DNA of 51,635 bases. Origin: an uncultured Oscillospiraceae bacterium (GTDB lineage: Bacteria > Bacillota > Clostridia > Christensenellales > Aristaeellaceae). Within the stretch, counting starts at the first letter, position 1, and the number at the start of each line of letters is the position of its first letter. The translations under genes were made by a program, and so were the position numbers. Positions 1 to 9,125 of this stretch are shown one piece after another. The stretch spans positions 1 through 51,635 of the forward strand of contig CAYTOU010000001.1 of assembly GCA_964439295.1 (NCBI GenBank), given 5' to 3'. The notes below the pieces were generated by a model. That model saw nothing but the letters and a program-made list of their open reading frames with translations. It had not been told where the DNA came from and did not search any database.

Positions 1-44
1 ATATAGTTTTGTACTTTTCAGTGACCACGGCAGGTAGAGCGAGC

Positions 45-72
45 GGTTAGCGGTTAGCCGTTAGCTGTTAGC
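45..72. repeat. Tandem heptamer array (NGTTAGC)x4
   Basis: GGTTAGC GGTTAGC CGTTAGC TGTTAGC read directly. The inverse array lies at 193-227. Because the unit is 7 nt, TAG falls in all three frames. Confidence 0.9.
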
Positions 73-156
73 TTTGAGTTAGTATGCAAGTAGCTTTTCA
101 TGGCTAATATTTTATTGCCCGTTCCATACTCTGCGTACCTTATCAACGCTGTACTG

Positions 157-189
157 AGTTAGAATGCTAAGTCACTCAGCATTCTAACT
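157..189. repeat. Perfect 12-bp inverted repeat (AGTTAGAATGCT / AGCATTCTAACT) with 9-nt loop
   Basis: Read directly. Lies inside the heptamer-bounded element, downstream of the minus-strand CDS ending at 215. Confidence 0.9.
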
Positions 190-192
190 AAA

Positions 193-227
193 GCTAACCG
201 CTAACCGCTAACAGCTAACAGCTAACT
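193..227. repeat. Tandem heptamer array (GCTAACN)x5, inverse of 45-72
   Basis: GCTAACC GCTAACC GCTAACA GCTAACA GCTAACT read directly. It contains the TAG stop (215-217, minus strand) of the flanking CDS. Confidence 0.9.
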
Positions 228-1489
228 CCCCCGAGCCGCTCCAGTGCGCACATAATGCCCAGCCTGCCGTGCGCATACGTAAGCGAGCCCTGCATGTAGG
301 CGATGTACGGCGGGCGTATCGGCGAATCCGCGGATAGCTCTATCGACGAGCCGCCCACGAACGTGCCCGCCGCCATAATTACCTGATCCTGATAGCCGGG
401 CATGTCCCACGGCTCAGGCAGCGCCTCGGAATCGACGGGAGAAGCCAGCTGTATCGCCTGAACGAACTTGATTAGCTTATCCGCCTCGCCAAAGCGTATG
501 GCCTGTATTATGTCCTCGCGCGGCGCCTTGTAGTCGGGGTTTACGTCGTAGCCCAGTTTTCCGAACACTCGTGCCGCCAATGCGGAGGTCTTAACCGCCT
601 GCATGGTTACGTGCGGCGCCAGGAAGAGTCCCTGATAGAAGGGCTGATAGCTGGCGTAGTATGAACCTACCTCGCGCCCTATTCCGGGCGAAGTCAGGCG
701 GTAGGCAACCATTTCGACATACTTATGCTTGCCCGCGATGTAGCCGCCGGTGGGCGCGATACCGCCGCCCGGGTTCTTTATAAGCGAGCCCGCGATTATG
801 TCCGCGCCCAAATCGGTGGGCTCGACCTTGCGCGTGAATTCGCCGTAGCAGTTGTCGACCATTACGCACACATCGGGGTGCTTTTCGTGTATCGCGCGCG
901 CCGCCTGACCGATCTCATCGACCGACAGGCAGGGACGCCACGCGTAGCCGCGCGAACGCTGAAAGGCTACAAGCTGTGTGGTATCGTCTATCTTTTCAAG
1001 TACTTTGGGTAAGTCAATATGACCGTCCGCGGTCAAATCCACCTCGTCATACCCAATGCCGTAATCGCGCAGCGAGCCCATGCCGCTTTCGCCGCTCAGG
1101 CCAATGACCTGCTCCAACGTATCGTACGGGCGACCCGACGCCGCCAGCATCTTTCCGCCCGGACGCGTCAGTCCCTGCAGGCACAGTGCCAGGGCATGCG
1201 TGCCCGACGCGATCTGCGGGCGCACGAGCGCATCCTCCGCGCCCATTATGTCGGCGTACAGCTTATCCAGCGTGTCGCGCCCTATATCGTCATATCCGTA
1301 ACCGTTGGACGGCGCGAAGTGGCGCAGCGCAATGCGGTGGCGCTGAAAAGCAAGCAGCACCTTTTCGGTATTGTACCTTTCGATTTCATCAAGCGCGCGG
1401 AAGGTTTCTTCGCAATCGCGCTCACATTCGTCCACAAACTTGCGCACGCCCTCGCTTATCTCGGGCATTGCGGCATCGGTATAGTTCAT
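215..1489 (-). CDS. PLP-dependent methionine gamma-lyase-family protein ('aluminium resistance' / YnbB-like)
   Basis: 424-aa ORF with a GSLIKNPGGGIAPTGGY segment typical of this family (PLP-Lys context). 4-nt overlap with the miaA stop. The last codons (G V S C stop) are encoded by the heptamer array. Confidence 0.75.
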   Translation of the reverse strand: MNYTDAAMPEISEGVRKFVDECERDCEETFRALDEIERYNTEKVLLAFQRHRIALRHFAPSNGYGYDDIGRDTLDKLYADIMGAEDALVRPQIASGTHALALCLQGLTRPGGKMLAASGRPYDTLEQVIGLSGESGMGSLRDYGIGYDEVDLTADGHIDLPKVLEKIDDTTQLVAFQRSRGYAWRPCLSVDEIGQAARAIHEKHPDVCVMVDNCYGEFTRKVEPTDLGADIIAGSLIKNPGGGIAPTGGYIAGKHKYVEMVAYRLTSPGIGREVGSYYASYQPFYQGLFLAPHVTMQAVKTSALAARVFGKLGYDVNPDYKAPREDIIQAIRFGEADKLIKFVQAIQLASPVDSEALPEPWDMPGYQDQVIMAAGTFVGGSSIELSADSPIRPPYIAYMQGSLTYAHGRLGIMCALERLGGVSC

Positions 1490-2472
1490 TTTTGCTTCTC
1501 CTCCGTATTCATTAAGCCGAACTTCTTATCGTCAAGTGCTATTATTTCCTGCGCCCTATCCGCAAGCGTGGACGCAGTGTCGTTTTCATTTACGTCAAGC
1601 CATATCGTGCGCGTGTCGCGCCTGAGCCAGGACAGTTGCCGCTTTGCGTAATTGCGCGTGCGCTGCTTTAGATTGCTTATCGCTTCTTCGCGCGTGATTT
1701 CGCCCGACAGCGCCTGCGCCATCTCTTTATAGCCCAATGCCTGCATGGCGGTCGTGCCGCGCGCAAGCCCGCCCGCTAGAAGCGCGCTTACTTCCTCAAA
1801 CAATCCCCTTTGGCACATCTCGTCCACGCGTAGGTTTATGCGACTGTACAGCCTTTCGCGCGGCATATTGAGCGCAATCAGCGTCAGGTCGTAAAGCTCG
1901 CGGTTTTCGCCCGCGCGCTCGGCGCTCTGCGACATGGGTACGCCGGTCGAATAGTATATTTCAAGCGCGCGCAGCACGCGGCGCGTATCGTTTTCGTGTA
2001 GGCGCGCAGCCGTCGCCGGATCGACCTTTTCGAGCTGCTCATGCATGGCATGCGCACCCTGCGCCTTAAGCTCGTCTTCCAGCCGCGTGCGCAGTTTGTC
2101 GTCCGCGGGCGTCTGCGCAAACGACATATCGCGCGTCACCGCGTCTATGTATAGCCCCGTGCCGCCGCACATTACGGGTACATGCCCGCGCGCGGCGATT
2201 TCATCTATCACGCGGCGCGCATCATCGCGATAGCGCGCGGCGGAGTAGTTTTCATCGGGGTCTGCGACATCTATCATGTGGTGCGGTATGCCCTGCATCT
2301 CGTCTATTGTGGGTTTAGCCGTGCCTATATCCATGCCGCGATATACCATCATGGAATCGCACGACACTACCTCGCCCGACATGCGCTTGCATAGTTCTAT
2401 CGCAAGTGCCGTCTTGCCCGATGCCGTGGGTCCGGCTATCGCTATCAGTCTGCGCCCAGACAAACTTACCAC
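1486..2472 (-). CDS. miaA: tRNA dimethylallyltransferase
   Basis: 328 aa with the P-loop GPTASGKT near the N-terminus and the typical MiaA length. Lies downstream of mutL, as in many bacteria. Confidence 0.93.
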   Translation of the reverse strand: MVSLSGRRLIAIAGPTASGKTALAIELCKRMSGEVVSCDSMMVYRGMDIGTAKPTIDEMQGIPHHMIDVADPDENYSAARYRDDARRVIDEIAARGHVPVMCGGTGLYIDAVTRDMSFAQTPADDKLRTRLEDELKAQGAHAMHEQLEKVDPATAARLHENDTRRVLRALEIYYSTGVPMSQSAERAGENRELYDLTLIALNMPRERLYSRINLRVDEMCQRGLFEEVSALLAGGLARGTTAMQALGYKEMAQALSGEITREEAISNLKQRTRNYAKRQLSWLRRDTRTIWLDVNENDTASTLADRAQEIIALDDKKFGLMNTEEKQK

Positions 2473-2484
2473 CTCTTTTGGGCA

Positions 2485-4509
2485 TTATACTATGCGCGAA
2501 AAGCGCTTTTCCAATTCGCTCTTGGGTATCGCGATTATTACGGGTCTGCCGTGCGGGCAGTTTGCCGGCGCGCCGGTCGTGCGCATCTGGTCGAGCAGCG
2601 ACTCTATGTCCGCCCTGCTCAGCGGATCGCCGCCCTTTATAGCGTGCTTGCACGCCGCCTGCATTATCGCGTCGCGCTTTGCCTGAAGCGGCGCGCTCTT
2701 AAGCCGCTTCAGCTCGGACGCGCCCAGCAGGAAGAAAGGTCTTAAGTCGGGCTCGCCCATTATCTGCGGAACGGCGCGCACCTGTATGTCGCGGTCGCCG
2801 AAGTCGTCCACATCGAAGCCCACTTCGTATAGCAGCTCGCGGTTTTCCATTATCTGCGCCTTTTCGGCGGCGGATACGGTCACGGTGTACGGCGTCAAGA
2901 GTATCTGACTCTGTATGCCGCTTTCCCATTCCTTCATGTACTTTTCGTACAGTATGCGCTCGTGCGCGGCGTGCTGGTCTATGGCGTACAGCGTATCGCC
3001 GGATTCGACAAATATGTATGTCGAAAACGCCACGCCGACAATTTTCCATTCGGGCTTGCGCTCTTCTAGCGGCATATCCAGTCCCGCCGCGTCCATAAGC
3101 GTGTATTCGCGCGCGGACTGCTTGGGTTTTTCCACAGCCGCGGGGCGAATCGACTCGACAGCCGGGCTTAACGCGTCCATGCCTTCGCGCATGCGCAGCG
3201 CGCCGCCGTTTTCAAAAGGCGCGGCTTTTTGCGAAATGTCGGGCATTGTAGGCGTGCTTTCGAGTGCTACCGCCTTTTGCGCGGGGATCTCCTCTATAGG
3301 TTTCTTGTTTAGCGGTATGCGTACGACGCCCAGCTTCATTTCGCTTTGCGCGTCGGGCAGTGCTTCTTCTACTTTATCCACAGGCGCGGGTACATCCGGC
3401 TTTACCTCGTTTTGATTTTTATCCACAGCTTCGGGCTGTTGCTCATCGGTAGCCGGCGCCGTCTGCTCTATGAATATTGCGGGCTTAGACTCTTCTTCGG
3501 GCGGCTGCTCGGGCGTAAGCATGTTTTCGCCTGTAAATGCCTGCTCCATCAGTATGCTCGCCGCGGTGAAAAGCCCCGCTTCATCGCGAAAGCGCACCTC
3601 AAGCTTGCTCGGATGCACATTCACGTCCACCGAGCTGGGCGGAAGTCCTATGCTCAATGCGCACATCGGGAATCTGCCTATCAGCACGCGCCCGCGGCAC
3701 GCCTGTTCCAGCGCCTGACTGAGCATGGGGCAGCGTATCGCGCGGCCGTTTACGAAAAAGTGCTGATGCGCGCGGCTGGCCTTTGCGCATGATCCCACGC
3801 CTATGAGTCCTGATATAGTGAGAGAGCCTACCGAGCCGTTTAGTTCGACCATGTTTTCGGCTGTCGTGCGGTCGTATATCGCCATTATCGCATGGCGCAT
3901 GACTCCATCGCCCTGCGTGCGAAACGCCAGTTTGCCGTTTGACGTCATGCGGAAGGCTATGTCCGGATTGCCCAGCGCCAGGCGCGACATTATGTCGATG
4001 CACGCGCCCGCCTCGCCCGCCGGCTTCTTTAGGAAGGCGCGCCGTGCGGGCAGGTTAAAGAACAGATCGCGCACCTGCACGGTTGTGCCGTCCGGGCAGC
4101 CCGCCGGCTTTACGTCCAGGACACTGCCCGCCTCCAGCGATATGCATGTGCCGCTATCCGCGCCACGCGCGCGCGTAGTCATTTCAACCCGGCTCACCGC
4201 GGCAATTGAAGGCAGTGCCTCGCCGCGAAAGCCCATTGTGGATACATCGACCAGATCCTTGACCTCGCGCAGCTTGCTCGTCGCATGGTTTTCAAACGCC
4301 ATGCGCACCTGCTCGGGCGGTATGCCGCATCCGTCATCGGTCACGCGCAGGTAGTCTATTCCGCCCGCGCGTATTTCGACCGTGATGTGCCTTGCACCCG
4401 CGTCCAGAGCGTTTTCGACAAGCTCCTTTAATACGGATGAAGGTCTTTCCACGACCTCGCCCGCCGCTATCTTGCTTATCGTAACTGCGTCAAGCACCCT
4501 TATCGGCAT
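2485..4509 (-). CDS. mutL: DNA mismatch repair protein MutL (endonuclease type)
   Basis: 674 aa. GHKL ATPase motifs (ELVENALDAG, DDGCGI). C-terminal DQHAAHERILYE endonuclease motif. Low-complexity linker in the middle. Confidence 0.97.
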   Translation of the reverse strand: MPIRVLDAVTISKIAAGEVVERPSSVLKELVENALDAGARHITVEIRAGGIDYLRVTDDGCGIPPEQVRMAFENHATSKLREVKDLVDVSTMGFRGEALPSIAAVSRVEMTTRARGADSGTCISLEAGSVLDVKPAGCPDGTTVQVRDLFFNLPARRAFLKKPAGEAGACIDIMSRLALGNPDIAFRMTSNGKLAFRTQGDGVMRHAIMAIYDRTTAENMVELNGSVGSLTISGLIGVGSCAKASRAHQHFFVNGRAIRCPMLSQALEQACRGRVLIGRFPMCALSIGLPPSSVDVNVHPSKLEVRFRDEAGLFTAASILMEQAFTGENMLTPEQPPEEESKPAIFIEQTAPATDEQQPEAVDKNQNEVKPDVPAPVDKVEEALPDAQSEMKLGVVRIPLNKKPIEEIPAQKAVALESTPTMPDISQKAAPFENGGALRMREGMDALSPAVESIRPAAVEKPKQSAREYTLMDAAGLDMPLEERKPEWKIVGVAFSTYIFVESGDTLYAIDQHAAHERILYEKYMKEWESGIQSQILLTPYTVTVSAAEKAQIMENRELLYEVGFDVDDFGDRDIQVRAVPQIMGEPDLRPFFLLGASELKRLKSAPLQAKRDAIMQAACKHAIKGGDPLSRADIESLLDQMRTTGAPANCPHGRPVIIAIPKSELEKRFSRIV

Positions 4510-4521
4510 ACGCGTCCCTCC

Positions 4522-7128
4522 TTACTTAAGCGTATTGCGCGCCTTTTCGCGCAGTAGGTATAGTTTATTGAGCGCGTCAATCGGCGACATGCTCATTACA
4601 TCCATATTGCATAGTTCGTCAACTATTGCCATCGATTCAAAATTGGTAAGGCTAAGCTGCGTCTGACCGTGCGCTCCGTCCGAAAGTATATTGGCGCTTA
4701 TAGAGGTCTTGTTTATCTCGGCGACCTCCAGCTTTGCCATTATCTCGCGTGCGCGCGCGGTAACATCGGCGGGCAGTCCCGCCAGTGCCGCCACAGCCAC
4801 GCCGTACGACTTATCCGCGCCGCCCGGCTGTAGCTTGCGCAAAAATATTATGCTGTCGCCGCGCTCCTTTGCGGTTATGCAGCAGCCCATTACGCCGTCT
4901 ATCTTGCCCTCCAGCTCGCCTAATTCGTGATAGTGCGTCGCAAACAGGCACAGCGCGCCGCACTTTTCCATATCGGCGATATGCTCAACGGTTGCCCAGG
5001 CAATCGACATGCCGTCAAACGTGCTTGTGCCCCTGCCTATTTCGTCAAGTATTATAAGCGAATCGGCCGTGGCATTTGCCAGTATCTGACTTAGCTCGCT
5101 CATCTCCACCATGAATGTGGATTGACCGCCGTACAGGTCATCGCTCGCGCCTATTCGCGTGAATATGCGATCGGTCAGGGCTACATTGGCCTCGCGCGCG
5201 GGTACAAAGCTGCCAATTTGGGTCATGAGCACAATCAGTGCCACCTGACGCATGTATGTGCTCTTGCCCGCCATGTTGGGGCCGGTTATTATCATCATGC
5301 GCCTGCCCAGATCCATATCGGTATCGTTGGGCACAAAGCTTTCGCCGCCGGTCAGCGCCTGTTCAACCACCGGATGCCTGCCGTCGCGTATGAGCAGGCG
5401 ATGCTCATGGTTAATCGTGGGGCGCACATAGCCGTATTCGTCGGCTGCTTGAGTCAGCGACAGTATGCAGTCCAGTTGCTTTAGCGCGCTTGCGGTCGAC
5501 TTAATGCGATCTATCTGAGTCAGCATTACCTCGCGCAGTTGCTGGAATAGGTTGTATTCGTGCTGTATCGCCTTTTCTTCGGACCCCAGCACCTTGTCCT
5601 CTATGTCCTTTAGCTCCTGCGTGGTGTACCTTTCGGCACCCGCCAGAGTCTGCTTGCGCACGTAGCGCATGGGGACTTTATCTGTAAAGCTCTTTGTGAC
5701 CTCGATATAGTAGCCGAACACGCGGTTAAAGCCTATGCGCAGGTTCTTTATGCCGGTCTTTTCACGCTCGTCCGCCTCTAAGCTGCTCAGCCAATGCTTG
5801 CCCTCGCGCGACGCGGTGCGGTATGCGTCCAGTTGCTCGTTAAAGCCGTCCTTGAACAGCCCGCCTTCGCGCAAGGTCACCGGCGCGTCCTCGCTTATCG
5901 CATCGGTTAGGAGCTTACATAGCTTACCCATGTCGCATATCATGTCGCGCGCGTGCCCCAGCAGCCCCTGTGCCCCGCAATCGTCCAGTATGCGCGCTAT
6001 ATCGGGCAGCACCTCAAACGAACGCCTGAGCGCCAGGCAGTCGCGCGCGTTTATCGTGCCGTATGCTAGTTTAGAGAGCATTCGCTCCAGATCGCACACC
6101 TGCTTTAGCTTTTCGCGCAGTTCGTCCGCCGCCATCGGCTGGGACAGCATGTATTCGATTGCGTCCTGACGCGCAACTATGTCGCGCTCGTTGAGCAGCG
6201 GCTGCTCTATCCACAGTTTAAGCAAGCGCGAACCCATCGCGGTGCAGGTCTTGTCCAGTAGCCATAAGAGGCTGCCGCGCCTTTTGCGGTCGCGCAGCGA
6301 TTCGGTCAGTTCCAGATTGCGCCGCGCGGTCGGGTCAAGCGTCATGTACGCGCTGCGCTGATATAGCACGATGTGGTCTATGTGCTGCAGGTTATTCTTC
6401 TGCGTATCGGTCAGGTACTTAATAAGCGCACCTGCCGCGCGCCTTGCAACCGTTAGCTCGCGTATGTCCGCTTGATTTAGATCGTTTTTCGGAAAGTGCT
6501 CCGAAAGTGCTCGCTCGGCATTCTCCTCGGTATACGCATCGTCATCGAATTCGCCCAGCGGCACGGGCGCCGACAGCGCGGTCTTAAACTTACGCGCCTC
6601 GGAATTGGCTATTATTTCCGACGGGTTAATGCGGCTTAGCTCCTGCATGAGCTGATCCAGCGCGCCGCCGATTTGATAAATGCTAAATTCGCCTGTGGAC
6701 ACATCGCACAGCGCCAGTCCCGCCGTATCGCCATCCAGGCATACGCTTAGTAGAAAGTTATTCGACCTGTCGTCCAGCATGGTCTGTTCGATGACCGTGC
6801 CCGGGGTTATTACGCGCGTCACGGAGCGTTCGACTAAGCCCTTTGCGAGCTTTGGATCCTCCATCTGCTCGCATATGGCCACGCGATAGCCCTTCTTAAT
6901 GAGCTTTGCGACATAGCCTTCCACCGCGTGATAGGGCACGCCGCACATGGGCGCGCGCTCCTTTAAGCCGCAGTCCTTGCCGGTCAATGTCAAGTCCAGC
7001 TCGCGCGACGCCGTGACGGCATCGTCAAAGAACATCTCGTAAAAATCGCCCAACCTAAAAAACAGCAGCGCGTCGCCGTTTTGCCGCTTTATATTCAGGT
7101 ATTGCTGCATCATAGGCGTAACGCCCAT
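4522..7128 (-). CDS. mutS: DNA mismatch repair protein MutS
   Basis: 868 aa. N-terminal GDFYE mismatch-binding motif, Walker A GPNMAGKST, and DEIGRGTSTFDG. Confidence 0.97.
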   Translation of the reverse strand: MGVTPMMQQYLNIKRQNGDALLFFRLGDFYEMFFDDAVTASRELDLTLTGKDCGLKERAPMCGVPYHAVEGYVAKLIKKGYRVAICEQMEDPKLAKGLVERSVTRVITPGTVIEQTMLDDRSNNFLLSVCLDGDTAGLALCDVSTGEFSIYQIGGALDQLMQELSRINPSEIIANSEARKFKTALSAPVPLGEFDDDAYTEENAERALSEHFPKNDLNQADIRELTVARRAAGALIKYLTDTQKNNLQHIDHIVLYQRSAYMTLDPTARRNLELTESLRDRKRRGSLLWLLDKTCTAMGSRLLKLWIEQPLLNERDIVARQDAIEYMLSQPMAADELREKLKQVCDLERMLSKLAYGTINARDCLALRRSFEVLPDIARILDDCGAQGLLGHARDMICDMGKLCKLLTDAISEDAPVTLREGGLFKDGFNEQLDAYRTASREGKHWLSSLEADEREKTGIKNLRIGFNRVFGYYIEVTKSFTDKVPMRYVRKQTLAGAERYTTQELKDIEDKVLGSEEKAIQHEYNLFQQLREVMLTQIDRIKSTASALKQLDCILSLTQAADEYGYVRPTINHEHRLLIRDGRHPVVEQALTGGESFVPNDTDMDLGRRMMIITGPNMAGKSTYMRQVALIVLMTQIGSFVPAREANVALTDRIFTRIGASDDLYGGQSTFMVEMSELSQILANATADSLIILDEIGRGTSTFDGMSIAWATVEHIADMEKCGALCLFATHYHELGELEGKIDGVMGCCITAKERGDSIIFLRKLQPGGADKSYGVAVAALAGLPADVTARAREIMAKLEVAEINKTSISANILSDGAHGQTQLSLTNFESMAIVDELCNMDVMSMSPIDALNKLYLLREKARNTLK

Positions 7129-7213
7129 TTAAGTACCTCCCCATCGGGTCTGCGCCCGACAAAGTCGTATGTGGTGCCCACGCGACCTTCATGCGGGTCG
7201 GGTGGACATGTAA

Positions 7214-7236
7214 GCCGCGGTCAGATTGACCGCGGC
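7214..7236 (-). terminator. Perfect 10-bp GC hairpin downstream of the ymcA-like gene (weak or absent U-tract)
   Basis: GCCGCGGTCA-GAT-TGACCGCGGC read directly. On the minus strand it is followed by TTACATG, so it may be an attenuator or RNA-stabilising hairpin rather than a full terminator. Confidence 0.35.
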
Positions 7237-7247
7237 AGTATAATCGA

Positions 7248-7688
7248 TTAATGTACGTGGCCGCATCCGCCGCCGCAGCTGGAGCAGCTTCCGCTGCAGC
7301 CTTCGTCGCCGCAATCGCAGCCGCCCATCTCGCCGGTGATTACGAACGAGATGATCTGGTTGACCTGAGCAATCAGGTTGGAGAACTCGTTGCGCGCATT
7401 GGACATGTTGGCAACCGAGGGGATCTCCTGCATGCGCTTTTGTATCTCATCCATGGCGGTGGAGTGCTCGTTGAGCTTGGCGGAGTCGGGATTCTCCTGC
7501 GCCAGCATCTCTTCCAGAGCGCTCTTGTGCTCCAGGTACTCGGTCATGCACTGACCCGCTTCGGGATCTGCCATAGCCGCTTCCTCGGCGGCCTTCATCG
7601 CCTGGTATATGTCGCTGTCCAGCAGCGCATGTGCCAGCGCATGGGTCTTTTCAAAAACGTCCTGTACGCCCTTGTTATTCTGCTCCAT
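7248..7688 (-). CDS. YlbF/YmcA-family regulator-like protein with Cys-rich C-terminal tail
   Basis: Start moved to the ATG at 7688 (AGGAGG at 7697-7702, 8-nt spacer). Helical protein of YlbF/YmcA size. Sits between miaB and mutS, as ymcA does in B. subtilis. The tail is GGCDCGDEGCSGSCSSCGGGCGHVH. Confidence 0.7.
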   Translation of the reverse strand: MEQNNKGVQDVFEKTHALAHALLDSDIYQAMKAAEEAAMADPEAGQCMTEYLEHKSALEEMLAQENPDSAKLNEHSTAMDEIQKRMQEIPSVANMSNARNEFSNLIAQVNQIISFVITGEMGGCDCGDEGCSGSCSSCGGGCGHVH

Positions 7689-7763
7689 TGTATTTTCCTC
7701 CTGAAAGTAAATGGTATTCCTTAATCGCACGGCCGGAGCCGTTTGCGCAATTAACTAATTTAA

Positions 7764-9125
7764 TTATACCATACGCCCTTTAAGCGTATTGTGTCCCGCG
7801 CCGGTTATTTCAACCGATACGGTCGAGCCTACCATGTCCGCGCTGCCGTCAAAGTTTACGGTAATGCCGCGCTCGGTGCGTCCGGTCAACTGGCTTTGCG
7901 AGCGTGCCGATACGCCTTCGCACAGCACGCGCTCGGTGCGTCCTACCTGTGCCGAATAAATTTCGGCGGTAATCTGCTCCTGCACGGCTATCAGCTCGTG
8001 TATGCGGCGCTTGGCGGTTTCTTCATCCACCTGATTGGGCATTTCGGCGGCCACAGTGCCCTGACGCGGCGAGTATATGAACGTATATGCCGAGTCGTAG
8101 CGCACCTGCTTCACCAGATCGATTGTCTTTTTGAAATCGTCCTCGGTTTCGCCCGGGAACGCGACTATTAGGTCGGTGGTCAGACCTATATCGGGCATCG
8201 CATCGCGCAGGCGCTTTACTACCTGCATATAATGCTGTGCGGTATAGCGCCTATTCATGGCGTCCAGCACGCGGTCGCTACCGTGCTGCACGGGCAGGTG
8301 CAGCTGGTGGCAAATGTGCTTGGAGTTTGCCATAACGTCTATCAGGCGATCCGACAGATCCTTGGGGTGCGATGTCATGAAGCGCACGCGCTCAATGCCT
8401 ATGTCGTCCACATGCTTAAGTAGCTCTGCAAAGTCCATGCCGCCGCCCGCGTATGAATTGACGTTTTGCCCCAGCAGCATGACTTCCTTTACGCCTTCGC
8501 TCTTGAGCTGTTCCACCTCGCGCAGTATATCCTCTGGCAAACGCGACCTCTCGCGCCCGCGCACGTAAGGCACAATGCAGTATGAGCAGAAGTTGTCGCA
8601 GCCGTACATTATTGTGACGTACGCCTCAAGTCCACCCGCGCGCTTGACCGGCAAACCTTCGGCGATTATGCCATCGGTGTCCAGCACGCTGACCACGCGT
8701 GCGCGCTCGTCAAGTAGGCGCTTAAACATATTGGGCAGATCCTGCATGTTGTGCGTGCCGAACGCTATGTCGACAAACGGATAGCGCTTTATGAGCTTCT
8801 CGGCCATTCCTTCCTGCTGAACCATGCAGCCGCATACGCCCACTATCAGCTCGGGCTTGACCTTTTTAAGCTCCTTTAGCCAGCCCACATTGCCCAACGC
8901 ACGGCGCTCGGCGTTTTCGCGCACGCAGCAGGTATTGTACAATACAAAGTCCGCGTCCTCGCGCGCCGCTGCCTCCTGCATGCCCATCTTTTCCAAAATG
9001 CCGGCGATTATCTCGCTGTCGTGAGCGTTCATCTGGCATCCGTACGTCACTATGTGATACCGCTTGCCCGTAAGCCGCGGCTCTTGCTCTATCGCGTCCA
9101 CTTGGACGCGCGGCGTATCATTCAT
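7764..9125 (-). CDS. miaB: tRNA-i6A37 methylthiotransferase
   Basis: 453 aa. N-terminal Cys triad region (TYGCQMN), radical SAM CDNFCSYC, and a C-terminal TRAM-like region. The start overlaps the rng stop (ATGA). Confidence 0.93.
   Translation of the reverse strand: MNDTPRVQVDAIEQEPRLTGKRYHIVTYGCQMNAHDSEIIAGILEKMGMQEAAAREDADFVLYNTCCVRENAERRALGNVGWLKELKKVKPELIVGVCGCMVQQEGMAEKLIKRYPFVDIAFGTHNMQDLPNMFKRLLDERARVVSVLDTDGIIAEGLPVKRAGGLEAYVTIMYGCDNFCSYCIVPYVRGRERSRLPEDILREVEQLKSEGVKEVMLLGQNVNSYAGGGMDFAELLKHVDDIGIERVRFMTSHPKDLSDRLIDVMANSKHICHQLHLPVQHGSDRVLDAMNRRYTAQHYMQVVKRLRDAMPDIGLTTDLIVAFPGETEDDFKKTIDLVKQVRYDSAYTFIYSPRQGTVAAEMPNQVDEETAKRRIHELIAVQEQITAEIYSAQVGRTERVLCEGVSARSQSQLTGRTERGITVNFDGSADMVGSTVSVEITGAGHNTLKGRMV

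Larger units (their letters stand above)
45..227. mobile_element. Candidate MITE-like / palindromic repeat element (~183 bp) bounded by inverted heptamer arrays
   Basis: Inverted arrays at 45-72 and 193-227. Internal ~20-bp direct duplication (TGAGTTAGTATGC at 75, TGAGTTAGAATGC at 155). Perfect 12-bp hairpin at 157-189. No ORF. The end sequence ACTCAA(A)GCTAACAGCT recurs at 32084-32099. No transposase in the window and copy number is unknown. Confidence 0.3.

Noticed and set aside
45-227. Integron attC site or gene-cassette boundary (the GTTAGC units resemble the GTTRRRY core)
   Set aside because: The core does not fit: the third R would be C. The arrays are tandem, unlike the single R/L boxes of attC. 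There is no intI integrase or cassette array in the window.
1486-1489. Expected hfq gene between miaA and the next gene
   Set aside because: The miaA stop overlaps the start of the PLP-enzyme gene by 4 nt, so there is no room for hfq. Its absence here is noted but is not evidence of anything unusual.
7251-7724. 157-aa Ala-rich ORF antisense to the YmcA-like gene
   Set aside because: It mirrors the Cys/Gly-rich codons (GCA/GCC/GCG runs) of the real gene. It has no RBS and low complexity.
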